Source of the DNA: an uncultured Gammaproteobacteria bacterium | GTDB taxonomy: Bacteria; Patescibacteriota; Microgenomatia; UBA1406; HO2-37-13b | DNA length: 64,000 nt | Direction: 5' to 3' | NCBI GenBank assembly: GCA_964422025.1 | Contig: CAYQYZ010000001.1 | Coordinates: 77,410 to 141,409 of the forward strand | Shown here: one piece after another, positions 9,270 to 17,843 of the stretch | Layout: the number at the start of each line of letters is the position of its first letter | Numbering within the stretch: position 1 is the stretch's first letter | The notes under the pieces: model-generated | Databases searched by the model: none | The model's input: the letters and a program-made list of their open reading frames with translations, nothing else | What the model was told of the DNA's origin: nothing | Program-made: the position numbers and the translations under genes

Positions 9270-11543
9270 TTAAGCGAGGAAATATCTTCTGCGAAGAATA
9301 ATTAATCCGAGAGCTACGAGTCCTAAAATTGTCACGACAGGATAATTATTCGCTGCATGTTCGTTTTGGCACTTTTCATCGCACTCCGCTAAGTTAGGCT
9401 TAGAATCACTTTTAGCTTTTGCAACAGTCTTTTCCACTCCTTGAACTGTTCCAATAACTCCTCCGTGCGCTCTCACAGTAGTTGAGGCTGCTGTTGGAAG
9501 AATCGTGCCACCCAATGGGCTTACTGATGTGTTTAAGTTTGCTGTAGTTGAATTTGATGAGCTATTATTCGTTTGGCTGTTTGAAGGGGCATTATTAGTT
9601 CCGCGTTTAAATATTCGTACCATTGCAGTCGAATTATTATTGTCGTAATTGACTTCTGTTCGGGAGCTGCTAATACTTGCGGTATTCGCTAAATCAGATT
9701 GCTCAAGGGCGCTATCAGTCCGCACAAGCACAGACACCACGCCAGTTTGACCGGGTTCAAGGCGTCCCATATTCCAGGTAACAGTATTTCCTGATATGGT
9801 AGCTCCACTTGAGGTCCCAAGGAGAGTTAATTGTGCCGGCAGGGAATCGACTATTTTTACATTATCGGTAAATGTATTTCCAAAATTTCCGTATGCGATG
9901 GTATAAGCAAAGTTATCTCCGGCATTATGACTTGGTTGATCAACCATTTTGGAAACAACCAACTCTGGTCGAGGGAAGATAATATTTCCAATAAAATCAT
10001 CGAAGATATTAATAACAGCAAAAAACCAGTTGTCACCGGTAATATTTGTATTTCCCATGGTTACAATGTTTGCCTTAGTCTGTGCGTCTCCCGTATTTAT
10101 TGAAGCATTAAAGCGTCCGGCCTCATTGCCACCGGTGTTTGAGAGTAAGTTGATGTTGTTGTCGACAGATAAGTTATTAGTATTTTCCACAACTACTGTG
10201 GTTTTGCTCGATTGATTTGAAGTATTTTGCACTGAGTCTCCCGTATTGGTAATAAGGGTAGAGTACAAGTTTGGAGCGGTGGGATTTCCTGCTTGGGGAA
10301 CCAGCATATAAGAACTATCCAAACCAATGACTTGCCCGTTCCAGGTGCCATAGCGATTAATAAGCAGTACAAAGAAATTATTTGCAACGTAATTTGAATT
10401 GATGATATCGACTACATTATGGCTGCTATTAGCGTCGCCGGTAACGATCGAGCCGATGGTATTAAAATTAATCGTATCATTAAGAGAATTGTCTCCCGTA
10501 GTATTCGTACTAGCTATACTCTCATTAACAGAGGCGTTATTAGTATTCTTAATAATCGTTTCATTTTCAGTATTCGTCGACTGATTTACTTCTGTGTTGT
10601 CACCTGTATTAGTAACCTGTGATCCGAAGGCTAGAGGAGTGAGGCTATTATGTAAAACATCCAACTCGTAGGGTAAAATAATGTCGCCATTCTGACTACC
10701 GAACAAGTTAATAACTCCATAAAAGTAGCAATTTCCCACTAGGTTTGTATTTGCCATGGTGAAAAGGTTAAGTGACGTATATGCGTCACCCGTGCTGACT
10801 GATGTACCTGATGAGATATTATTAATAGCCGAATTGTCTCCGGTGTTTGAAGTCAGTGTAATATCGTTTTGAATATCGGCGGTATTGTTATTTCGAATAA
10901 CAAGTTCGGAATCGACTGTTTGGGAATCAACGAGTTTTACATTATTGCCGGTATTCTCAATATCAAATGATTCTGGAGTGATTATTGTGCCAGGTGCAAA
11001 ACAGGGTGCAATTGAAGAGAGGTTAATATCCTCAGTGCTATCTTCAAATACGTCTTTAATAACGATTGCGGCACTTTGGGCGACCACGTTTGTATTCACT
11101 ACAGTAGAGATATTTTGAATCGTTTCCGCGTCACCCGTTGTTATAGAGTTTGTTCCTCCATTTAGCGCGATGTTATCAGTAAGCGTGTTTTCACCAGTTA
11201 TATTTGAATTGTCTACAGTTCGATCAATCGTGGCGTCATTTGTATTTTCAATCGATGTTTCAAGCGTGTCAGTTTCTGAGGTAATTATTTCTACATTATT
11301 ACCTGTGTTTGTTGTGTACGATGATTCTTCCGGGGAAATGATCAGCGTTGCGGAATCGGTCGCAGTTGTTTCGATTGTTATTTGCTCATCTGTTCCTGCT
11401 TGATCAGTTGGAGTAGGAGTTGGTAAAAGTTCAATTGCTTCATCAGCAAAAATAGGGAAGCTGGCATTAATGAATAGTGAAAAAACTAATAAGACCGATA
11501 CAATTTTTCTGACGATAATTGAAGTTGCCATACGGGTTATCAT
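9270..11543 (-). CDS. Secreted Asn/Thr-rich repeat surface protein with DUF11-like domain and C-terminal TM anchor (757 aa)
   Basis: Signal peptide ending IFA/DE. Three to four repeats of NTGxN...NxNNxxV...NTGxN...TGDA...NxN, each followed by a WFFAVINIF-type strand. DUF11-like segment (DNFAYTIAYGNFGN...DSLP). Tail is VVTILGLVALGLIIL-RRRYFLA. Confidence 0.75.
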   Translation of the reverse strand: MITRMATSIIVRKIVSVLLVFSLFINASFPIFADEAIELLPTPTPTDQAGTDEQITIETTATDSATLIISPEESSYTTNTGNNVEIITSETDTLETSIENTNDATIDRTVDNSNITGENTLTDNIALNGGTNSITTGDAETIQNISTVVNTNVVAQSAAIVIKDVFEDSTEDINLSSIAPCFAPGTIITPESFDIENTGNNVKLVDSQTVDSELVIRNNNTADIQNDITLTSNTGDNSAINNISSGTSVSTGDAYTSLNLFTMANTNLVGNCYFYGVINLFGSQNGDIILPYELDVLHNSLTPLAFGSQVTNTGDNTEVNQSTNTENETIIKNTNNASVNESIASTNTTGDNSLNDTINFNTIGSIVTGDANSSHNVVDIINSNYVANNFFVLLINRYGTWNGQVIGLDSSYMLVPQAGNPTAPNLYSTLITNTGDSVQNTSNQSSKTTVVVENTNNLSVDNNINLLSNTGGNEAGRFNASINTGDAQTKANIVTMGNTNITGDNWFFAVINIFDDFIGNIIFPRPELVVSKMVDQPSHNAGDNFAYTIAYGNFGNTFTDNVKIVDSLPAQLTLLGTSSGATISGNTVTWNMGRLEPGQTGVVSVLVRTDSALEQSDLANTASISSSRTEVNYDNNNSTAMVRIFKRGTNNAPSNSQTNNSSSNSTTANLNTSVSPLGGTILPTAASTTVRAHGGVIGTVQGVEKTVAKAKSDSKPNLAECDEKCQNEHAANNYPVVTILGLVALGLIILRRRYFLA

Positions 11544-11617
11544 GTAAGCCCGTATTATAAATGATTGCGTTTAGAAATTCAACCGATAGCAGTGGTGAAA
11601 AGAGTAGTGTATACGGG

Positions 11618-11668
11618 AATCCCCCGCCCTCATTTCTCTTTCGAGCTGAGTAGCGGGGGATTTTATTA
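11618..11668 (+). terminator. GC-stem hairpin plus T-tract, oriented for the plus strand between two minus-strand genes
   Basis: AATCCCCCGC (11618-11627) pairs with GCGGGGGATT (11653-11662) and is followed by TTATT. The T-run lies on the plus-strand side only. Confidence 0.35.
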
Positions 11669-11713
11669 AAAGCGCTTTAATTCCCTGTTGATCTAAGAAT
11701 GATCACTCTTGGA

Positions 11714-12898
11714 TTAAAGCCAAGCCAACAAAGCAAGAAGATTCCAAGCACCACCCATTACGGTTGTGTTATGGTTTCCTCCAGCCATGAAATTGCTTCC
11801 CGCACCGGCATGTCCGGTGAATGTACCAAATCCGCCAACATTGCTAGTTTGAGCATTTCCACCACTTGTGTTTGAAGCAAAAGAGGTTTGAAATCCTAAG
11901 TAGCTGTTTGCGTTTAAGGCAGTAGCGACGGTGGTGTTGTTAGCACTTAAATTAAGTGTTGCACTAGCACCAGTGTTCAATACGTCAGCTAAGTTACTAC
12001 CCATTGGTAAGTTAAGTCCCACTCCAGTTACATTGCTATTTCCGTTTACGTCGAAATTAGCAAGTGATGCAGCATTTCCAGTCATGATAACTCCAGTTCC
12101 GATGTTTGCATCAGAAACGTTGTTACCAGTATTGTTTGCAGCAAGTACTGTTTGTGCGACGAACATGTTGTTTTGATTGAAAACAGTCAAAACATCAGTT
12201 TGGTTGGTGCTTGAATTCAATGTGAACTTAGAACCTGTGTTGGTAACAAGATTATTATTACCAGTGCAGGTGTTACAAGGTGTTCCAGCAAGACCCAAAA
12301 CTTGAGTTTCGTTTTGATTTCCTTCAACATTCATGTTGCTTACAGAAACTGCTCCACCTGTCAAAATACCATTGTTTCCAATGTTTGACGAAGAGACGTT
12401 ATTACCAGTGTTATTGTTTGAAACGTTGGTTTGAGCAACATTCAAATTATTAACATTTGTGACGCCGACTACTGTTGTAGAGTTAGCGCTCAAATTTCCG
12501 GTAAAATTTGCTCCGGTGTTGGCAACATCAGCGTAGTTGTTTGATCCTCCGTTTGAAGGAAGAACAACTGCCGTTGAATTGCTGTTTACATCAGTATTCA
12601 TGTTTGAAACTGATCCAGCATTGCCTGTGACAATTCCTGCTCCAGTTGAACAACATAAGCTAATGTTTCCTTCTTGAACATTGTTTCCAGTGTTGTTGTT
12701 AGATACATCAGTTTGTACGACGGTTGCGGTATTAACGTTAGTTACTCCGACAACAGTTGTGTTGTTAGCTGAGCTATTTATAGTTGCATCAGTTCCGGTA
12801 TTGGTAACGACGGTAGCGTTGTCAGCAGCTGCGACAACTACTACGTTTGATAAAACCAATGCTGCGGAAGCTAAAGATGCGATTGTTTTTTTCATCAT
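11714..12898 (-). CDS. Secreted Asn/Thr/Gly-rich repeat protein (394 aa, 4 repeats)
   Basis: Signal peptide (VVVAA/AD). Four units of about 90 aa: V.NTG...N.S.N.T.V...N.N...V.QT...NNTGNNV...NI..G.I.TG.A. Preceded by the only clear SD in the window. Confidence 0.75.
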   Translation of the reverse strand: MMKKTIASLASAALVLSNVVVVAAADNATVVTNTGTDATINSSANNTTVVGVTNVNTATVVQTDVSNNNTGNNVQEGNISLCCSTGAGIVTGNAGSVSNMNTDVNSNSTAVVLPSNGGSNNYADVANTGANFTGNLSANSTTVVGVTNVNNLNVAQTNVSNNNTGNNVSSSNIGNNGILTGGAVSVSNMNVEGNQNETQVLGLAGTPCNTCTGNNNLVTNTGSKFTLNSSTNQTDVLTVFNQNNMFVAQTVLAANNTGNNVSDANIGTGVIMTGNAASLANFDVNGNSNVTGVGLNLPMGSNLADVLNTGASATLNLSANNTTVATALNANSYLGFQTSFASNTSGGNAQTSNVGGFGTFTGHAGAGSNFMAGGNHNTTVMGGAWNLLALLAWL

Positions 12899-12961
12899 GT
12901 ATGTTTCACCCCCTATTCGTGTTGATTATGTTAATGATTAACTGCTAATTAAGTGAGAACC

Positions 12962-14860
12962 TTAGTTCTCGAATTTTCGTAATTTATTACCTGCTAGTAT
13001 TCCACCGATGCTTAATGCAAGCACCATCATTCCTGCTTCAGGACCCGTTGCTGGTAACATTGCTCCTAATACTGCTCCAGCCGTTGTTGGGCTTGAGCTC
13101 GATGAACTGCTTGATGATCCGCCATTGTTATTGTTTGTTGCTCCGGCTACTTGACCTCCGCCAATTGGTGCATTTGTTGGTTGTGGTCCGCCAGTTGGCG
13201 GATTGTTTTCAGGTGCATTGCTTGGGCATGGATCATTTGAATTAATCCGTGTGCAATTGTTGTTTGCATGTACATCCATGCTTGTTGTTGATGTGGCATC
13301 GCCAGTTATGATTACTCCTGCAACGCTTCCAATATTTCCATCAGCTTCATTGTTACCCGTATTAGTATATGAGTTTACTCGTTGGCTTAAGTTGAGTACA
13401 TTTTGATTGATTACTTCAATAGTGGTTGAATTATTAGCGCTTGAATTGATAGTAACGTCATCGCCTGTATTTACTACACTTGATCCATTACTTGCATTTG
13501 AATTCATGCCTGCTGAGCTGTCAGCAACGGTTGTATTGTTGTTTACATCGGCATTCATGATTACGTTTACTGTGGCGTTTCCTGTTTGGATCCATCCAGC
13601 AACTCCGCCGAATGAAATGTTTCCATTTGCTGTGTTGTACCCTGTATTTGCTCGTGCATTGACTGATTGATCAACATCAGCATAGTTATTATTGTTTACC
13701 GTAACGCCTGAAGTGTTATTTGCACTGTTATTAACTTCTACACCGTCGCCAGTATTAAGTACATCGGCACTTGCGCCCGCTGCACCATTGTTCCCACCGA
13801 CATGTGTTTCGTTATTATTTGCACTTGCATTCATGACTACATTTACTGCTGCGTCGCCAGTTTTAATTACACCTGCGTCTCCACTGCGATTAATTTGTCC
13901 ATCAGCATGATTGTAGCCAGTATTTGAGCTACATGCCGTCATGTCAACTCGAACTTCTTGCTCGCCGATAGGTCGTCCACATGATTGTGAAATAAGGGCT
14001 CTGTTTTCATTCGTGACAGTGGTGTAGTGAGCAGAATTGCTACTATTGTTGAATCGTGAAGTTCTTCCACTGTTGGTTAATATGATTGATGCGCCTTCAA
14101 GACCGCTTTCGCCCGTGCCACCAATGATTGTCATATTGCCGTTAGCAGTAACCAGGTAGCTTACGTTTGTCGATGCGTTTCCGGTTACGATTACTCCTGC
14201 AGGTCCACCATTTACGGCTATGTTGCCAGTAGCTTCATTGTTTCCCGTGTTCGCGCTTGCATTTGTTGCCTGATTAATAATGGTAGTATTTCTGTTTCGA
14301 ACAATCTTGTATGTTGTTGCAGAAGCATTTGAATTAACTGTCAGTCCATCACCACTATTAACAACATCTGATCCTGAACTTGCTTCACCACCAGTGCCAT
14401 TAATAACATTCGTATTATTTCCAGCATTTACGCCAGCAACTACATTTACTGTTGCATCGCCTGTTTGAATTACTCCTGCGCCACCACCGTTGACTGAAAT
14501 GTTTCCATTTGCTTGGTTGTATCCGGTATTAGCCTCTGCATCGACTGATTGATCAACTTCTGTGTAATTATCATTGTTGATTTCGGTAGTATCTGTAGTG
14601 GCGGCAGAGTTATTTACAGTGGTGTCATCACCAGTGTTAGTAACATCTGTTTGAGCGGCTGCTTCAGGTTCTGGAGTTGATTCTACGACAGGGGAAGGTT
14701 GCGTAGATTGAGAATGAGCTTCTTGAAGAACTTGATTTCGAATTTCGTCGCGATTTGGTAATTCCTCGGCGTACGCAACAAGCGGAAGATTGACTAATGA
14801 AAAAACAAAAATATTAAATGAAAGTAAAATGCTCGCAATCTTTGTTCCCGCTTTTGTCAT
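12962..14860 (-). CDS. LPXTG-anchored Asn/Thr/Gly-rich repeat surface protein (632 aa, 5 repeats)
   Basis: Signal peptide (VAYA/EE). Five units of about 95 aa of the same module (VTNTGDD...ANTGYNxANGNI...GVIxTGDA...NNNT). Pro/Gly/Ser linker, then LPATG + hydrophobic stretch + KLRK tail. Confidence 0.8.
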   Translation of the reverse strand: MTKAGTKIASILLSFNIFVFSLVNLPLVAYAEELPNRDEIRNQVLQEAHSQSTQPSPVVESTPEPEAAAQTDVTNTGDDTTVNNSAATTDTTEINNDNYTEVDQSVDAEANTGYNQANGNISVNGGGAGVIQTGDATVNVVAGVNAGNNTNVINGTGGEASSGSDVVNSGDGLTVNSNASATTYKIVRNRNTTIINQATNASANTGNNEATGNIAVNGGPAGVIVTGNASTNVSYLVTANGNMTIIGGTGESGLEGASIILTNSGRTSRFNNSSNSAHYTTVTNENRALISQSCGRPIGEQEVRVDMTACSSNTGYNHADGQINRSGDAGVIKTGDAAVNVVMNASANNNETHVGGNNGAAGASADVLNTGDGVEVNNSANNTSGVTVNNNNYADVDQSVNARANTGYNTANGNISFGGVAGWIQTGNATVNVIMNADVNNNTTVADSSAGMNSNASNGSSVVNTGDDVTINSSANNSTTIEVINQNVLNLSQRVNSYTNTGNNEADGNIGSVAGVIITGDATSTTSMDVHANNNCTRINSNDPCPSNAPENNPPTGGPQPTNAPIGGGQVAGATNNNNGGSSSSSSSSSPTTAGAVLGAMLPATGPEAGMMVLALSIGGILAGNKLRKFEN

Positions 14861-14941
14861 GGTTGTTTTGTAAAACTAATAATCATCGCTTTAACTGGTG
14901 ATATAGTATCAGTACTTTATGCGATTTAATGTACGATCGTC

Positions 14942-14970
14942 ATTGTATACATACAGAAATTTCATGTCAA
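14942..14970 (-). promoter_or_regulatory. Consensus sigma70-type promoter of the 632-aa surface protein gene
   Basis: On the minus strand: TTGACA (14970-14965), 17-nt spacer, TACAAT (14947-14942). Implies a 5' UTR of about 75 nt. Confidence 0.6.
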
Positions 14971-15102
14971 GATAGTCTATTTGCCTCTTTGTAGCTCATT
15001 GGGGGCATATCTATATAAGTCCTATATTATTACGCATTTAAAGGCTATAAGTATCTGTATGCGTTATTTAATACATCAATGCGTGTCAGAAAGCTCCGAA
15101 AT

Positions 15103-15130
15103 TTGACTTTATCTTATCACCTGGTACAAT
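15103..15130 (+). promoter_or_regulatory. Promoter of the cupin/GT2 unit
   Basis: TTGACT (15103-15108), 16-nt spacer, TGgTACAAT (15122-15130). ATG at 15146. Confidence 0.5.
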
Positions 15131-15145
15131 GCTCCACTTATATAT

Positions 15146-15433
15146 ATGTATACGATTATCAGAAAGGATGAGGGTCAGTTAAGGAAATTATCTGAAACAC
15201 AACACGCATCTATATTGGTGGAAGATTCAAAGTGTCCGATTTCTGTTCGTGTCATTGAATCTGCAGAGAGTATTGAGTCGATTGGGACAAAAGGGAATAG
15301 GGTATATTACGTGTTAGCAGGAAAAGTTACTGTTGATTCAACTCTTTTGCACAAAGATGATTGTCTTATTATGTCTCCTAACGATTCGTGCGTTCTAAGC
15401 GGAACATGCAAGCTTCTTGAAATTAGTTATTAA
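15146..15433 (+). CDS. Small cupin-like protein
   Basis: 95 aa with a beta-barrel-like pattern (VYYVLAGKVTVDS...DCLIMSPND). Weak assignment. Confidence 0.3.
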   Translation: MYTIIRKDEGQLRKLSETQHASILVEDSKCPISVRVIESAESIESIGTKGNRVYYVLAGKVTVDSTLLHKDDCLIMSPNDSCVLSGTCKLLEISY

Positions 15434-17075
15434 CAAAAATCATATGAATATATCGAATCCGATTGTAAAAATTAAAACACTCTCTACTATTGAGCAAACA
15501 GCCCTTGTACTCCTTGTAAGTTTTGGCATGTTACTTACACTACTTTTTGGTTTTTTTTGGTTTGATCCAGCAAATGTTCCGCGCAACTTCCCACATAACA
15601 CTTTTGGGAGAGCAATTGATATTTTTATCTACGCGCTCCTAACGTACGTTGTGTGGCACCAAATTCTAAATGAACTCTTTGTGTGGATCGTATCTCTCTT
15701 TATGCGAGACAGTAAATACATGCATGCTCAGCCCGGACACAAGGTCGCCTTCTTGACTGCATTTGTTCCCGGAAAAGAGCCGTACGACGTTCTCGACAAA
15801 ACACTTAAAGCCATGGTTAATTGCGATTATCCGCATGAAACGTGGTTACTTGACGAAGGAAATGATGAAATTGCACAGGGTATTTGCAAAAAATATGGCG
15901 TAATTCACTATTCCCGTAAGGGTAGGGAACACTACAATACTAAGGAAGGAAAATATCGAGCAAAAACAAAGGCAGGGAATTACAATTCCTGGTGTCACCA
16001 ATATGCTAAAAAATATGACTTTATCGCGCAACTTGACGTCGACTTTGTTCCAAAGAAGAATTTCTTAACTAAAACACTTGGATTTTTTAGCGATCCTTCA
16101 GTTGGATTTGTTGGGACTCCTCAGATTTATGGAAATCAAGATGAATCATGGATTGCACGCGCTGCGGCAGAACAAGCGTTTAGTTTCTATGGAACTACTC
16201 AGCGAGGATTGTTTGGACTCGACATGGTTCTTTTTATTGGAGCAAATCACGTAGTACGGGTTGCGGCACATTCTCATATCGGAGGATATTCAGGTCATAT
16301 TGTTGAAGATCATTTAACCGGAATGCGATTTTACTCTAATAGATGGAAAAGTGTGTATGTTCCAGAAGTGCTGGCAATTGGCGAGGGACCTGCTACCTGG
16401 AGCGCGTACTTTGGTTAACAAATGCGATGGGCGTACGGTCTTATTCACATACTCTTAACCGAAAGTCCTCGGATTTTCCCACGAATGAAATTAAAACACG
16501 CGGTTAATTATTTTCTACTTCAGCAATACTATTTCGATGGAATCGCACAGGCAATCGGTATTTTATTACTGGTTTTGTTCTTTTTATTTGGTATTAATGC
16601 TACCCTCATGCCTATAAAACCGCTTCTTGCCTTTTTATTGCCTGTCCTAATATGGCAGCAAGTAATTTCTCTGTGGCTTCAGAGATACAACATTAACCCG
16701 AGCGAGGAGCGGGGACTACTTCTAAAAGGCAAATTACTAAGTCTGGCTGCGTGGCCTGTGTACTTTATGGCTTTCTTGAGTGTATTTGCAGGAAAACGTC
16801 TGGGCTACGAAGTGACTCCCAAAGGTAATGCCCAAATACAAAAGATTGATTTGAATTTATTCTTTCCCCATACACTCTTTGGAACAGCAACCGCAATATG
16901 TTTAATTGCAGGAGTTGTATCGAATAATGCTCCCATGAACTTAAACATTGTTGCTTTGTTAAATACGCTTGCAATGTATGGCTTTGTTACGTGGGCTCTG
17001 TGGGATCGATTGAAGTCGTGGTACTACGAGAAGATGTCGCAGAGGATTTTGAAGGTAGCAAGGACAACAGTTTGA
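15417..17075 (+). pseudogene. Processive family-2 glycosyltransferase (cellulose/chitin-synthase-like) interrupted by one in-frame TAA at 16416..16418
   Basis: ORFs 15417..16418 and 16422..17075 are in the same frame. The upstream part has TM helices plus LDEGND, QLDVDF and VEDHLTG. The stop falls two codons before Q-M-R-W (the QxxRW motif), with C-terminal TM helices after it. Confidence 0.7.
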
Positions 17076-17177
17076 ACTCGCTGGAATTCACCCGACTACC
17101 TTCAAAATCCATACGTTCCATATTCATTCTTTCAAATCTAAAAAGTGAAGTCAATAACATATTTGCACAACACGAAC

Positions 17178-17206
17178 TTGTCAAAGTCGCTGGGTAGTGC
17201 TATAAT
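17178..17206 (+). promoter_or_regulatory. Promoter of the 17215 gene
   Basis: TTGTCA (17178-17183), 17-nt spacer, TGcTATAAT (17198-17206). ATG follows 8 nt later. Confidence 0.5.
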
Positions 17207-17214
17207 ACGGTCCC

Positions 17215-17823
17215 ATGAACCGACTTAAGCGCCTAACAGCAAAACAAATCCTTGTAATTGCATTTTTTGCAACAGCCCTTCTTAGTTTTATTCTCGGCTT
17301 TTTTATTCACAATGCTCTTCCTGTTGCCCAAGTAAATGGGGAATTTATTAGTCGTGGAACATTCTTACGAAAACTCGCAGTAACTAATGGTCAAGGAGTG
17401 CTTGAAGCAATGATTGCAGAACGACTTATTGCACAGTCGCTTGATGAGAATAAGATAGAAGTTACTGACAAAGAAATTGATGCTAAAATCGCTTCCATGC
17501 GAAAAGATTTAGTACTGCAAAAAACCACATTTGAACAACTCTTGGTCAGCACCCGACAAACACTGCCCCAGTTTAAAAATGAATTACGAACACAGTTGGG
17601 CGTAGAAAAATTGTTAAAAAAACAAATCACTGTTTCTGATAAAGAAATAAGCGATTATTTTGTTCGAAATAAAATTGTTCGAGGGAAAAATGCAATTTTA
17701 AGAAGTCAGCTACTTTCAATTAAAGACACTATTTATCGAGCAAAACTTCGACAAGCATTCTTAAATTGGTATCAATTACAAAAAGGAAAAGCAAAAGTGC
17801 AGTACTACACGGGAATGAACTAA
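17215..17823 (+). CDS. Membrane-anchored SurA_N/PrsA-like chaperone domain protein (no PPIase domain seen)
   Basis: N-terminal TM segment, then VNGEFISRGTFLRKL...LIAQSLDENKIEVTDKEID, typical of SurA N-terminal-like domains. Confidence 0.35.
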   Translation: MNRLKRLTAKQILVIAFFATALLSFILGFFIHNALPVAQVNGEFISRGTFLRKLAVTNGQGVLEAMIAERLIAQSLDENKIEVTDKEIDAKIASMRKDLVLQKTTFEQLLVSTRQTLPQFKNELRTQLGVEKLLKKQITVSDKEISDYFVRNKIVRGKNAILRSQLLSIKDTIYRAKLRQAFLNWYQLQKGKAKVQYYTGMN

Positions 17824-17843
17824 AAATATTGTAGAATAAGTGC

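Noticed and set aside
9270-14860. Diversity-generating retroelement targeting the Asn-rich surface proteins
   Set aside because: The Asn-rich repeats are reminiscent of DGR variable regions. However, I found no reverse transcriptase gene and no template/variable repeat pair with A-specific mismatches in the window.
15551-15558. T8 homopolymer inside the GT2 N-terminus as a phase-variation switch (a similar T8 occurs at about 18112)
   Set aside because: It encodes Phe-Phe-Trp in a TM helix of an AT-rich genome. It is a single short tract, with no evidence of length variation available here.
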